From: Anthoceros angustus
Lineage: Eukaryota > Plantae > Anthocerotophyta
Direction of reading: 5' to 3'
Assembly: GCA_010909165.1 (NCBI GenBank)
Contig: MU008207.1
Span: 62,001 to 126,000 of the forward strand
DNA: 64,000 nucleotides
The translations under genes were made by a program, and so were the position numbers. Under the pieces are notes generated by a model that saw only the letters and a list, made by a program, of their open reading frames with translations, ran no database searches and had not been told where the DNA came from. This document shows positions 1-13,706 of the stretch, piece by piece. The stretch's first letter is position 1, and every line of letters starts with the position of its first letter.

Positions 1-233
1 TGCAATGCGGTCCCTGCACTGGTCACTTTCCGAATCTTGCAACCTCCCTCATGCTCTTTGCCTCCTGTGCTTCTCTTGCACCCCGCCTTCCCCGTTCCGG
101 AACCTCCAAAGAGACGCTCCTGCTTCATCAAAGCAAGATGCTTCCCAGATTGCTGAAAATCATCATCGTCGCTCGCCCCTGCAACAGCCAGAGCCAGCGC
201 CATGGCCGAATCCAGGTCTGTGTCGGCCGCCAT
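1..233 (-). CDS. SNM1: 5' end of a second SNM1-like (SAM/UBZ, beta-CASP nuclease) gene copy, running off the left edge
   Basis: Near-identical to 51924-52156. ATG (cat at 231-233) opens MAADTDLDSAMALALAV. Confidence 0.8.
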   Translation of the reverse strand, partial: MAADTDLDSAMALALAVAGASDDDDFQQSGKHLALMKQERLFGGSGTGKAGCKRSTGGKEHEGGCKIRKVTSAGTAL

Positions 234-1462
234 TCCTCCTGTTGCTTGTGAATTTCAAGCCCGAGACCGAAAAACCGATGCAAATTCAAATATAAGCCCG
301 CCAAGTCAAGTAGATACGGCACTACCTGGTGTGGTCTGTTTGTGAACATACACTTGTAGGTATGTACCACCTACTATATGTAGGTAACAGTATTTCCACT
401 CCATCTCAAAGTTTTACAACATAGAACAACGGGTGTACTTTAGGCATAAAATATAAAGTTAAGATATATTTTATGTAAAAAAATTAAGATAGGTGATTCA
501 TCTACTCGTTGATATGTGCGCAAATGGCTTAGGACAAATGGACACACACATATTTATAAGGACACTGATGTTAAGCTTCTTAAGCTTAGATTAGTAATTT
601 GATGGGGTGTCTCGAGGGAGTGGATGTCCTTAGTGCAAGTAGCTTAGATCCATACCTAGACAGGCTACCTATAGGGAGTGGATGTCTTGGTGCAAGTAGC
701 TTAGTATACCATGGCACAAGTAGTTAAGTACCAAGTCCCACGATAGAAACAATTCCGTCCCATGATAAAAACAATTCCGTCTGAATAGACTTTGATAGAC
801 TTCTTCTTCTTCTTCAATTCTTATAAGCATGTAGCTGCTAAGCATCCTGCACTTAGATTAGTACTTAGATAGGGTGCTTAGAAGGAGTAAATGCCCTTGG
901 TGCAAGTAGCTTATTTAATTCTTAGGATTTCTAGGCGCCCTAGCGAATAGTGCCCTAAATAGGTGAGTATTTTATCATGTCTTAGAGTATTAGGTAGTCA
1001 TTATTTTAGTTAATTGGTTATGTTGGTTGGAACAACCTATAATGACCTAATGTATATGAGCACTTCTGCTTTTCTATTATGAATCTAATGCTAGAAATAC
1101 TTTGAGCAAGTGATGATTCTCATCAAGATAATCATGGTACAAGTTGTTAAGTACTTAATAGGGGTGCTTAGAGGGAGTAGAAACCCAGTTGCCTGAGCAA
1201 GTGATGATTCTCATCAAGATACATCATGGTACAAGTTGTTAAGTACTTAATAGGGGTGCTTAGAGGGAGTAGAAACCCAGTTGCCTCATTTGTTCGTTGA
1301 TGGTCAATCTGCAATCGCTCACCCAAGCCTTCGCTGTCATCCCTACCTGCCGAGGTCATGGCGAAATTGGTAAGGATTGATTGTTGGTTGGAGCTTAGGG
1401 TGGCGGCTTTGAACTATTGCGGCTTTGCTGCCATTTAGCGGCTTTGGTTATGGATTTATGAT

Positions 1463-1823
1463 TGTCGCAAGCCACGATCAAGACTGTGATCTTGGAAGCG
1501 AATGAGCCTGGAACAAGCCGTCTTGGTTGCTGTGGTTTAGAGTACATATAGGGTATTAAAGACGTATGTCAAGAAGTATTTCCTAACTAATATGGTTGGA
1601 ACTATACTAAGCTGATTATTTATCTAAACTGACTATTTATCTGAATATTACGGGATAAACTAACTTATATGGCCTATTACGGGCAGGCGTGCCGTCTTTC
1701 CGCTTGTGAACTCGACTCCCTCTCGGACGCGAAAAGGGGGTGCCCTAGTTGCCCCCCTGCTATGGTGACCTATCTGGTCCCCAGCTTGCCGACTGAGGAT
1801 ACTGAGTGGTCACCCATGTGACA
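1463..1823 (-). repeat. 3' LTR of the gypsy element
   Basis: Direct repeat of 7396-7745. PPT-like tgggggagaa (minus) adjacent at 1824-1833. Confidence 0.95.
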
Positions 1824-2043
1824 TTCTCCCCCACTTAGCGAGGCTGGTCCTCCGGACCTTGGGCTATTCTTGGAGGCGAGGAAATTGTCGACACCGGATG
1901 ATCGGTTCCAGTGGCCAAGGCGTCGGCTTCGTTGCTCCATCCTACCAAACAATCCGTCAAGGTTCGGTTATGAAGCTTGCGATGTCTAACCTGGAGGATG
2001 CGGTCGGGGCCGTGAGGGTGGCGGTGTCGGAGATGGCGGCAGA

Positions 2044-4716
2044 TTAGGTGATGGCGGCGGTGGGGTCCGTCTTGAGATCGGTGGTGTGCGGGATGTAGAA
2101 GCGGCGAGGAGAAACGACGCCCTTGCCAAAGTGCTGGGCGGCCGGTGGGGTGCTGTCTGATGGAACTGGGGCCGCGAGATTGAGTTGATCGATGAGCTGG
2201 GCCGGCGAGGCTGGTGAGTGCTGAGGTTTGTTGGTGCAGGACTCTGAACTGCGGGATGCCGGCTGTTGGGTAGGCTGATTGGAGGGTGTTGCGTCCTGGC
2301 AGAGATGCGGGGCTCGGGAAATCACTGGCTTGAGCATCGAGACATGGAAGGTCTTGCAGATCTTCCAGTCTGCGGGGAGGGCGAGCTGGTACGCCACCGG
2401 GTTGATCTACTTGGTGATCTCAAAAGGACCAGCGAACCTGTAGGTAAGTTTTCCCTTGGACTGGATGAGCGTTGGATAACGGTGAGGACGCATGCGGAGC
2501 CACACCTTCTGCCCAACTGTGTAAGTGACATCTCTGCGGTGTTTGTTGACGCACCTGCTGTATCTGTTCTGTGCTGCAGACAATTTCTTGCGTGCTTGCT
2601 GAACCTCGTGATACACATCCTCTGCCAGTTCTGCGGCGCTAGACCATTTCTCCTGGGCGGAGAGCCATAGGCCGGGAGGCGGCGGGCATGACCCGTAGAG
2701 GAGCTTGAAGGGTGCCACCCCTGTGGCAGCGTGTTTAGAGGTATTGTAGGCATACTCCAGAAGTGGTAGCATAGCCTCCCAGGTGCCTTGCTTCTCATGG
2801 GTAAAGTGTCTGAGCATGTCTTCAAGAACTTGATTCTGTTTTTCGGTTTGCCCATCCGACTCGGGATGGCAAGCCGAGGATAAATGCTGACTGATGCCGA
2901 GGGATTCTGTGAAGCATTTCCAGAATCCTGCAGTGAACTTGGTGTCTCTATCTGAGACGATGCTGGCGGGAATTCCATGCAGCCTGAATATTTCCCGTAG
3001 GAATAGCTGGGCTAACTTGGGTGTTGTGATAGTGCCAGTAGTGGGAACGAAGTGGCAGGTCTTGGAGAGTCGATCCATCACGACCCAAATGCTGTCCTTC
3101 CCCGATCTGGTCCTGGGCAGGTGAGTAATGAAATCCATGGAAATGGATTCGAACCTGCCAGTGGGAATCTGTAGAGGAAGCAACTTGCCTGGCTGGCTCT
3201 GATTGTCGGTCTTGGCCTGTTGACAGGAGGTGCAAGATCGAACCCAGTTGATGGCGTCTGCGCGGAGGCCATCCCAATAGAAGTGCTCCTTAACTCGGGC
3301 GTAGGTTTTATCTACGCCGAGATGCCCTGATATGGGGCTATCATGGAGGTCATGGAGGATCGCTGCCTTGAGGCCTGTGAGTTGCGAAGGGATTACCAAG
3401 CGCCCCTTCTTATACAGGCAAGCATCCTTGATTGTGTACTCTTGCGTGAGCTGTGTGGGGTGTCCTGACTGCACATCCGAGAGTAACTGCTGGTACACTT
3501 GCCATAAGGCACCGCCCCGCTGGGAGGGCTTCTCGTACTGCCGGATGGTGTCTAATCGTCATAAGGGTGCAAGCCCGGCCGAGGGCGTCGGCAACAACAT
3601 TCGAGGTCTGTGACATAGCGGATGTCAAGTCAAGTCCGCCAGTATCGCCAGTCGTTGACGTGCATTCAAATTGGTTGGCTGAAGAAATGCTGAAGTGAAT
3701 GGTGGTCGGTGTGGCAGGTGAAGTGCTGACCCAGCAAGTAATGTCTCCAGAGCTTGAGGGCATGGACGATCGCGAACATCTCCTTATCGTGAACGGCATA
3801 GTTCACCTGCGCCCCTTGCAAATTCTTCGACTCATATGCAATGACTCGGCCATCTTGTGAGAGGACTGCGCCCACGGCATAGTCGCTAGCATCGGTGTGG
3901 ACCACATAGGGTAAGTGTGGGTTCGCAACAGCAAGGACTGGGCGGTACAGAGTGCAGTCTTGAGCTTGAGAAAGGCCTGGTGCCCCTCCTGACTCAACTT
4001 GAATTCCTTGGTTGCGGTGGCGGGTCGTGCTGGGAGGGAGGGCAATTTCATCAAGTCCTCGATCTTAATCTTCAAAATCCAGCCATTCCTAGGAACCCCC
4101 GGAGATGAGTGAGGTCCCGTGGCAGCGGCCAGTCGGAGATGGCTCTAATCTTCCTGGTATCCACCCGAATTCCATCTCCACTGATTATGTGGCCTAGGTA
4201 TTCGCACTCTGTCTGGAAGAATGCACATTTGCTGCGTTTGGCGAACAGCTTGTGTGTTCTGAGTATCTCAAATACTTGTCTGACCAGCTTGTAGTGGCTG
4301 GCAGGGTCTGCGGTGTAGATGAGTATATCGTCCAAGAATACTTCCACGCCATGGCCGAGGAGGGGCCGGAGGAGCTCCTGCATCAAACACTAGAAGGTGG
4401 CGGGCGCGTTTGTGAGCCCGAACGGCATCACCACGAACTCGAAGTGCCCGTGGCGGGTTCTAAATGCAGTCTTGTATTCGTCCCCCTCTCGGATGCGGAT
4501 CTGGTGGAACCCTGAACGTAAGTCAATCTTCGTGAAAAACTTTGCTCCGTGCAGTTGATCTAGTATTTCATCCGCTCGGGGCATCTGGTAAACCTTTCTG
4601 ACTGTGGCCCGATTGAGGCCCCTGTAGTCTATGCAGAGTCGCCATCCCCCATCGGGTTTGCCTACCAGCAGGACGGGCGCTCCAAAAGGTGATACTGAAG
4701 CTCTGACGAACCCTTG
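2044..4716 (-). pseudogene. pol: pol: RT, RNase H and integrase with GPF motif; in-frame stops and frameshifts
   Basis: [41 protein letters not shown]...CTSCQ, SMDFI, SDRD, GQTEKQNQ, GPFEI. Confidence 0.93.
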
Positions 4717-7356
4717 CTAAAGGAATTCGTCCACTTGTCGTTTAATTTCCTCATTTTCCACCGCCGATGTCCTGTAGGGTGGGATGCTAACAGGCTTGTG
4801 GCCGGGGGTCAGCTCTATAGCGTGATCGATGGCCCTGCGAGGTGGCAGCTCCGTGGGCACGGCGAAGAGGTCTGCATAATCCCGTAGCAGTTCCTTCATT
4901 TCGGCAGGTAGGGCATCCTCGTCTTCTTGTGCCTTGGCTGCACGGGACTCGGGGGTGCCCTCCAAAGGTAAGACCTTCTTAAGCCTTGCTACATACAGGA
5001 AGCTGCCTGGGGCAGTTGCTTTATTTAAAGCTGATACTGCAAACAGATGTTTGTCCGGCACGTATTTGTCACCCGACATGACGTGCTGCTGTTGTTCTGT
5101 AGCTAACCTGACGATGTTGTTTGCCCAGTCAATGTTCAGCTGGCCTGAGTGCTGGGCGAGCCAGGGCTTACCAATAATAAGGTCATGGCACAACGTGGGC
5201 ATGACGGTGAACGGAAGGGTCTCCTCATATCCTCCCGGGAAGGTAACAACTGATGAGGTGCTGAACTCTTTGCCCGTGTCGCGGCCGTCCAGAGCCGTCA
5301 CTATCGTGGACTCATGTCCTGTATCCTGTATGTGCAGACCAGCTCTGAGAGCGGCCACTTGGGACATGTAATGGTGGCTGGCGCCGCTGTCCAACAGTCC
5401 TGTGGCGGTGACGCCGTGCAGCTTCACCTGCAGCTTGATGGGCACATGATTTAAGTCACAAGTACCTGACTGGCTGCAGCCGTGGCAGAACTTGGAGGAG
5501 GCCGCGACCGATTTCGTGGTGTCGGTCACCTCCTCAATCTTGACGGAGTGGCCACTCTTTACGCTGGTGCCAGAGGTGGCAGGGGTACGTGTAGTCTGGC
5601 CAGTCTCCTTCAGCCACTTGATGAAGTCGCGGCGGTGAGGGCAGATTTTGGAGCCGTGTTCGGTCGAGGTGCAGGTAAAGCACATGTGACGTTCATGATA
5701 CTTTTTCCTTTCCTCTTCCGTGAGAATCTTGAAGACGGGTTTCTTCTCTGCTGCACTCACGGATGACTGACCCCATCTCGGCTTGGCAGGGCCGGCTGCG
5801 CTTTGCTGTTGTACTTGTTGCTGCCATAGTTTATGGCAGTCTTCATGGCGTCCACCAGGGTTCCGGGATTTGTCTGATTGACATCGGCGCGGAGGTCAGG
5901 CTTCAGTCCGTCAATGAATTTCTCTATCTTCTGCTCTTCGTCGAGGCGAGGCATATCCAGGGTGAGTTGAAGAAACTTGTCGCAGTACTCTTGCACTGTG
6001 CCTTGTTGTTGAATCTTCCAAAACTGGTGATATAACTCCCGGCGGTGGTTTACTGGCAGGAAATGTTCTAGGAAGACCTGGCGGAACGTGGGCCAGGTGT
6101 AGATCGGGGCCTCCATGCCCAACTCGACCGCTTCTCCCGCTGTCTCCACCATCGGTAAGCGTATCCCTCAAGGGACATCACACAAAACTGAATCTTCTGC
6201 TGGTCATCCTTTTCTGTGGCACTCAGGTATTTGTCTAGCTTATCAAGCCAGTCATGCACTGCCTGTGCGTCTTTCTCGTTCCCGTTGAAAGTCGTGGTTC
6301 TAATCTTCCTCTGGAGCTCCTTGTCCGGTGAGCTCGGGGTTTGAAGATGGTATCCTCCCCAACGACTCTACTTGGTCTTGGTAAGCCTTACCCTTTTGGG
6401 CCTCCCAATGTTCAGACGGAGGAGCTGCAGGCGGCGAACAAGGGCTTTGATGTCCTTGTTCTCCCCTTCTCCTGGCAGCAGTTCGACCACCAACTTTCGG
6501 AGGTGATCTTCATCCACGCCCCGGGTGGGTCAAGAGTTTTGCTCTGCGTGCCTTCTCTCACGTTCCGATCGCCGACCGAGCTGTGCATGTCGACATGGTT
6601 GTCTAGCGGTGAGCATTCGCGGGGCAGCGCGCTAGCTGGTGCTGGGTGGGGAGTGACTTCTGGCATTGGTGCTGCAGGCGGAGCGATGCCGGACGGTGTC
6701 GTGTCGAGGGCCTGGAGCACTCCCTCGAGCTGGCGCTCGAGGCGGTTCTGTCCCTCCTCCCAACGAGCTTCTACCCGGTTGAGGGCCGTCTCTACGACCT
6801 GCATCCGGTGTCCCTGGACGGCCAGGGAATCGGACAGCCTTTCACATGTCTTTTCGAGATCCGAGGTGCGTGATTGCCAGCGGGGGTCGTAGTGCAACTC
6901 TGCCGCGTCTGGTTCTTGCTGCACTTCATCGGGTCGTGTCTGATTGGTGGGAGGCCGGGTGTCTGCAGGTGCTTGCGAGGGAGGGCGCGCCATCTCTGGT
7001 TTCTTGCGCGGCCTGCCTCGGCGGCGCGGGGCAGGTTCTGTAGCGTAGTCCGCCATTCCACCTGCGGCGTCCGTCTCGCCACCATCTCCCAGCTCGCCGC
7101 CGCTGCTTTGTCGCCGAGGCGATCTTGTTCCGCCTCGAATCGACTGCTCCGCCGCAGTTCCGTCAGGGACCCGGATCTCTGTCAGCAGATGGCGGCGGGA
7201 GGGGATTGGGTGTTGCCTACCTCTGAGGCGCACCCGATCTCCAATCCCTTCAGAGAGCAAGTCGTCCTCGTTGCCGCTGGAGATTTGCATCTCCACCTCC
7301 CGCGGGGACAGTCGATCGCTCATCTTGGCCTGTAGCCCACAGATTCCCGTCGGCAA
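4717..7356 (-). pseudogene. gag: gag (with zinc knuckle) and aspartic protease, frameshifted
   Basis: TWPTFRQVFLEHF and FIDGLKPDLR gag motifs, CFTCTSTEHGSKIC knuckle, LLDSGASH protease, spread over several frames. Confidence 0.88.
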
Positions 7357-7380
7357 GGATCTGGTTGCCTGGGGACCGTG

Positions 7381-7393
7381 GGCTCTGATACCA
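7381..7393 (-). promoter_or_regulatory. Primer binding site, tRNA-iMet
   Basis: Minus strand TGGTATCAGAGCC, 2 nt from the LTR. Confidence 0.92.
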
Positions 7394-7395
7394 AA

Positions 7396-7745
7396 TGTCG
7401 CAAGCCACGATCAAGACTGTGATCTTGGAAGCGAATGAGCCTGGAACAAGCCGTCTTGGTTGCTGTGGTTTAGAGTACATATAGGGTATTAAAGACGTAT
7501 GTCAAGAAGTATTTCCTAACTAATACGGTTGGAACTATAATAAGCTGATTATTTATCTAAACTGACTATTTATCTGAATATTACGGGATAAACTAACTTA
7601 TATGGCCTATTACGAACGGCGCGTGCCGGGCAGGAGTCTCCTCCGTTCGAGACCTTGAGGGGTGCCCTAGTTGCCCCCCTGCTATGGTGACCTATCTGGT
7701 CCCCAGCTTGCCGACTGAGGATACTGAGTGGTCACCCATGTGACA
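7396..7745 (-). repeat. 5' LTR of the gypsy element
   Basis: Direct repeat of 1463-1823, followed on minus by the PBS. Confidence 0.95.
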
Positions 7746-10435
7746 ATGATGTGCTTTTCGCTGTCATCGCCGCCTTGCAAAGGTCTCGGGAGAATCGGTA
7801 GCGGTAGTTGGTTGGAGCTTGAGGTGGCGGGTTTGACCTATGGCGGCTTTGCTGCTGTTTAGTAGCTCTTGTTGTTGATCCATGATAGGCTTGACTTTGC
7901 CTAGAAGAAAGTATTCTTGAGATAATCCCATTAGAGCTTTTAGTGGGGGCTTCTAGTATTGTTTAACTATTTAAAGGAAAGAGAAGAACGCTAAGAAGGC
8001 GGAAGAAGCTCCTTGATTTAGGAAGCTGCATGAAGCCATTCCAAGATCGAGCCATACAAGCTAAGAGGCAAGTCATAGAGGCTTCGGCGAAAGTGGAATG
8101 GGGCAAAACTGGAGTAATACGGGCAAGGAAAAGGCTATAATACTCTATAGTAAAGGAAAAATTTGGGATCTCGAATTCTACCTTTTGAATTGAGCTACTT
8201 AGCAATGTTTAATAGGCAATTTTTGGTAAGCAAAGTGCACAAATATTGCCAAGAGTTTGATCCTTAACACGCCATAATTAGGACTGTACCGTGCTATTAT
8301 GTTGTTGTAATTGATGAAATAAAAATCATTTGTTGTACTGTTCATTAGGCCTTATTTCATTAGGTCAATGGTCACTTAATTTATTAATGACCAAAGCAGA
8401 AGTTAATTACCAAGGTAATTATAATAAACTTCATTTCATAGATCTTACAATTAAAACTCCATGAACCTTAACTGTTATATTTATTTGATTATCTATTAGA
8501 GCAATCCATGACTCTCATATCAATGCATAAGAGTAAAGGTTGCGACTTTGGAAACTCAAGGATGATAGCATAACCGGGTATAGCCTCTCACTATGCTTGG
8601 CTATATTTCTCCCTGAGAATATTTGTCTCTTGTTCCTATTCTAAATAAGAACATGGTGGCGATAACCGGTGCACGATCCCTTGCTTTACGACAACCCTCC
8701 TATAGTTGCGCACTGAGTATAGTGGATCTGATCCCTTGCTTTACGACAACCCTCCTATAGTTGCGCACTGAGTATAGTGGATCTGATATAGTCGATCTGA
8801 GTGCAACAAAGGGTGTATCCATCATCATAATGAGATACCTCACACCACAAAAGTTCTGTCGTTAGGATCACGTCTTCAGAGATAAAGGTGTTGAAGATAA
8901 AGGTCGTTACTATTAATTTAGATGATCTAGTTATTAACTATTAGAAATCAAGCTTTTGGAGTAATTAGTTACTTAGTTATTTAGTTAACCACTTACCTAG
9001 TTATATATAGAAGTGAAACGAAGTGATAAAAACGAATGAATGATTATTCATTAGGGTCTATTTCATCATGACTAAGCCGAAGTTAGTTGGTAAAGTAGTT
9101 ACAACAAACTTCTTCTCATATCCTACAACTAGATCTACTTGAACATTTATTTTTGTATTTATTTCATTATCTATTAGAGCAATCCATAAATCTCATAAGT
9201 AATGTTGTCCATTCTATGGAGCATAATAAAAAGGGTATCTCGCATTCTCGTGCGAGATGATTGTCATGCTTTAGCCAATCTTGCTTTAAGATATCTTATC
9301 TTATTACATTGGGTAATCATTCCTAATTGTACTTGCTTCTTGCAATTACCCTGGTTCTGATAATGACATTTTGAGAAGATAGGCTCTATGTTAGATATCC
9401 TAAGATCCTCCTCTTTCTATGCCCTGATCAAAATTCTTAATTTCTTCTTCAATTTTCAATCACCAATTATGATTTCCATCATGAAAATTGTTTTGACTTC
9501 TTTCCTGAATATTTCATTCACAAACTTATCAACTGATTAAAAATTAGTTCATTTTCTCTTCATTTCACTTAATTACTGTTATTCATTAATGAATTTAACT
9601 AATGAACAAGTTTGTATTATCAAACATATGAGCATGATTAATTCATCTTTTATTACTCATAAATATGTTAAGAAAAGCAGAAAGCAGAGTGCCTATTCCC
9701 TCGATCATCAATGGCGCTTTCTTCCTGAGGCCCTTGATCTTGCCCTTGATCGCCCTTGATGTTGCTGCAAGTCCTCCCCATATGATCAATCTTGAAAATG
9801 GTGTGGAAAACACCCCGATGCTGGTTGCTATTGTTGCTCGTGATGTAGAAGGAGAGGTGATTGCTCCTACAGGTGTTGAAGATATCCGTGGATGGCAGGA
9901 AACTGCTTCGCACCCTCTGTCACCACCCATTGATTCAAGCAGGAAAAGATGGGTCCACACCGTGCACGGCATTGCTTGGAGATCACGATTTGCAGATTCA
10001 AGCGATGAAGAAGGAAGACTGCTCAACTCTCGAAAAGTATTCATTGTGGACTTGTCCTCCTCCTCATCGTCAAGTTAGGGAAGTTTCAATGCCGCAGATG
10101 CCCAAATGTCTACTGCAGAGATGCTGCCGCACCCTCCAAATGTTGAAGATGTCCCTCACAAGCCATTGGTGTGTGAAGGCAGCCTTAGTTGGAGATCTCG
10201 TTCACTGATCACTTCTGATTTTGCTGATGCCAAGACCGCCAATACCCTCAACAAATTTGCTTCTGGTATAAACTTCTTTTAGCAATCTGAGAACTTTGAA
10301 TAAAGTAGAAATTTCTTGACCTTGTGGTCTTGTAATAGATTTGAAATTTCTTCATTTACTTACTTTTTTCAACTAACACTTTTTGCTTTCCTTTCCATTC
10401 TCCTCTGGTGTCATTGGTATCCTCTAGCTGCAGCT

Positions 10436-11050
10436 TGCCGATATGTAGCTAGTATGTTAAAACGCTTCAACTTGGAGAACGCGCGAGCCGTAGCCATACC
10501 AGGTGCCGTTGGTGTTAAGCTCTCATCTACCTCTTGCCCGTAGTCTAAAGAAGACAAGAAGGAGATGGAGTCTATACCCTATCGCATGACAGTTGATACT
10601 CTCGTATTCTTGAGTAATCAGACAAGACCCGATATCTCAAACACCGTGAACGCTATTGCTCAGTTCTTAGAGAATCCAAGATGGGATCACTGGGTTGCTC
10701 TTAAACGCATTATGCGATACCTTGAGGGTACATCGAACTTTGGCCTCTACTATAAACCTAGTGGATAAAGCGCTTCTACTTTCATGTTACGTGAATGTAG
10801 ATTGGGCTTCAGATTTAGACACCAGGAAAAGTATCTCAGCATACTGCGTTCTTGCCAGCTATTCTGTTGTCATTTGGTCTTGTAGGAAACAATCAGTCAT
10901 TTCACTTTCATCAATAGAATTAGAGCGCAAGGCACTCACTGAAGCCACAAAAGAGACTGAATGAGAATGAAAATTGTGCGAGGATCTAGGTCTGCGACAG
11001 GAAGGGCCAACAATAATTAATTGTGATAATCCATAAAAAAACGAACTCAA
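10436..11050 (+). pseudogene. Ty1/copia RT/RNase H remnant
   Basis: IPYRMTVDTLVFLSNQTRPDIS, HWVALKRIMRYL, YVNVDWASDLDTRKSIS. Confidence 0.85.
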
Positions 11051-11498
11051 ATTATACTAGAAATTTTTACTTCAGGTAGACATATCTCCAAAAGACATAT
11101 TTTGAAGTTGTAGACTCGTACTTTGATAACTAAATCAACATCAATTGGCAACAATATTATTATTTAGTGATAGTTGGGGAACTATAGCACTAACGAGAAG
11201 CCTGGTACTTTTAGTCACACATTAGACATGTTACAGTCATATACAATTAAATATGTGAGATATTGGAAACAAATATGATAAACATAAAAATATTTCTACC
11301 TCGAAGAATGCACGTGATTTACTCACTACGTCCTTGGGCCAACAACTCCACAAGAAACACACATAAGCTATTGGAATTAAAAAAGCACTCATAAGCATAT
11401 ATTTAAGTTAGTTTGCAGAAGGTCTAGTTACCTCTAAATTTTTAACTGAATGACCACTTTAGGCATGGGTTGTTGCGGTACGGTTTTCTCCCTTTCTT

Positions 11499-11711
11499 TT
11501 AGCCAATTGATGACGACCTATCGGAAAATACACTGCTAAATATAGACAGGCAAGTTAAACACATTCTTTTTCCTTGATACTGATTCTTCTCCTCCTCGGA
11601 CAAAATCTTGAATGTGTGTTTCTTCTCAAATGCATCTACTACCTTGTCTAATTTGGGCTTAAATGAGCCCAGCTGCTGTAAGGTGCTTATATTTATTTTC
11701 TCAGAGTGCAC
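11499..11711 (-). pseudogene. Degenerate gag/zinc-knuckle remnant (paralog at ~55404-55620)
   Basis: EKKHTFKILSEEEKNQYQGKRMCLTC resembles EKKPVFKILTEEERKKYHERHMCFTC of the gypsy gag at ~5700. Confidence 0.6.
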
Positions 11712-13706
11712 CTTAGAACTACAAAAGAGTCTTGCACTTTGGCAGGACGAGAAAAGCTATAAACTATAGTTAAAATCAACGCCACCTTTGGTAAGCATAT
11801 CCATCAAGGGACATAACACAGAACTAAATCTTTTGTGGATCATTATTTTTGTAGTTGCCAAGTACTTGTCCATTTACCCTGTGGAAGTAATCGTTCAGGA
11901 TCATAGCAATAATATGATCATAATATGAGGATAGCATATTTGTAACTCTCAGCATTGGTATTTTAGGCATCATTGGCACTCTCATCAAAGGATGTGGGTG
12001 CGCTATTGTGGTGGGTTTTAAGCAGACGTATTTGGGATGATGACGGAGTGCTAGAAGCGGCAGTAGCGTGTTAAGAATGCAACAGCGTGCTAGGGATGGC
12101 AGCTTGGAAAAGGTGTCGTGGATTCTTGACAATAACATAACCTATGGCCAATAATAAAGCATTCCTTTGATATGATTGTCAAGTTACATGCTCTGTGCTG
12201 CACATCACCAGTTCAGCAAAGCATTCTTTTGAAAATAATGAGTCATTAACTGATCTAGCCACATCTTAAGTTGCTTTCTCATCAATTAAATTATAACACT
12301 TTAAATCCATAATTCACAAGGCAACAAACAAAAGCCACAAATTCAATAGAACAATCCTACTTTAAGGTTTTGCATTTAAAGTTACAAAATATGAAAGTTA
12401 TGCTTGCATTGCAATTTTTCTTACACTTATTACGCAAGAATTTTCAAAGAATGTTTTTTCAGATACAGCCAACATCTTAACAATTATTTTCTAACAACCA
12501 ACTGGGAAGATGTACTAAGACGAATCTTGTTAGATCCCTGAGAAGGATTATTTCGATTCTTATTCAAAAATGATTTGTTCTTTTGCTGAAACAAACATAA
12601 CGCGCTCTCCTCCATGTTAAGACGTTCCATTGTTGGACTTCACACCTTCCTCTTATAGGAGAACACCAATAATCTCTAAAATAGTTTATGTTGGGGACTA
12701 TCTCGGAACCCGCTTGAACTGCTTGGTGAACCCGCTCTCACCGTTTGATTTTGTAGAGAGACAAAATTTTGAAAGCTAGCCGGCAAGTTAGACCGAAGTT
12801 AAACCGTAGCTTGAGATTCTGAAATTGAAATTTCACGTGATGCAAGCTGGGGGCGTAATATCTTCTCTTAGCATGTTAAGAAACACTATTTAAAGGTTCC
12901 ATGAATAAAGAATAAAATTTGGTGATGTGGTATCCCAATGTGTGGCCTTTGCTTTTTGTGGATTACTAAACCTGTATGGTTTGGCAGGTAATGACAAATG
13001 TTTAGGAACCATATCTTTTCCATAGAGGATTACCGCAAACCTATTTTTGGCATAAGAGAAGATATAGGCATACTCGAACAGCATTTACTTGCAAGTAGTC
13101 TCACAAAAACTACAAACCTAATCTACCTAGACGAAAAGCAGGATGCTAATGCCAAAGGTCCTATGTCTGCCAAAAGACTGGGATCCACATGGTGTGGCTA
13201 GGATGTGAGCCGTGTATGGAATATGAAGAGTACACTTAACACATCTACCGTAAGTGCCCTAAGTGTCATGGAGTAATTTAAACTAGTATTTAATAATTGT
13301 TTATATTATTTCTTAGATACGATTTAATATTATTTACTTAGCTATATGGGTACTTAACGTGGAAGCTAGTTAATAATATGAGGATTATTTAGAGATAGAG
13401 GATGAAATTGAATATATAAACAAAGTTTGGCGCTAAGATACTAAGGTTAACTTAAGTCTGCTAATCAAATTGTTGATTCTAGTTTGCTAAGTTAAGGAGG
13501 TTTGGACTTAATATCAAGTATACCTAAAGTTTTCATTTACTTACTATATAATTCCCAACCAAGGGATTTAGGGGATGGGGTGCCATCCTCTTGATGGTTA
13601 GAATCATTTGTTGGACGGATCAGTACTAAGACGAGGTACTATTCTCCTGGTAGTTTGAAAAGTTTTTAAATTGTCCCAATGTTTGGGTGCCGGCCTTCTT
13701 AGAGCA

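Larger units (their letters stand above)
1463..7745 (-). mobile_element. Full-length Ty3/gypsy LTR retrotransposon (defective)
   Basis: TG...CA LTRs at 1463-1823 and 7396-7745. 5-bp TSD ATGAT (1458-1462, 7746-7750). Empty site at 53368-53372. Order gag-PR-RT-RH-INT. Confidence 0.97.
1..13571 (+). repeat. Segmental duplication copy A (paralog of 51924-57484), carrying extra insertions
   Basis: Colinear high-identity match from tgcaatgcggtccc to accaagggattta. Copy A additionally has the gypsy element and about 1.7 kb at ~9760-11477. Confidence 0.93.
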
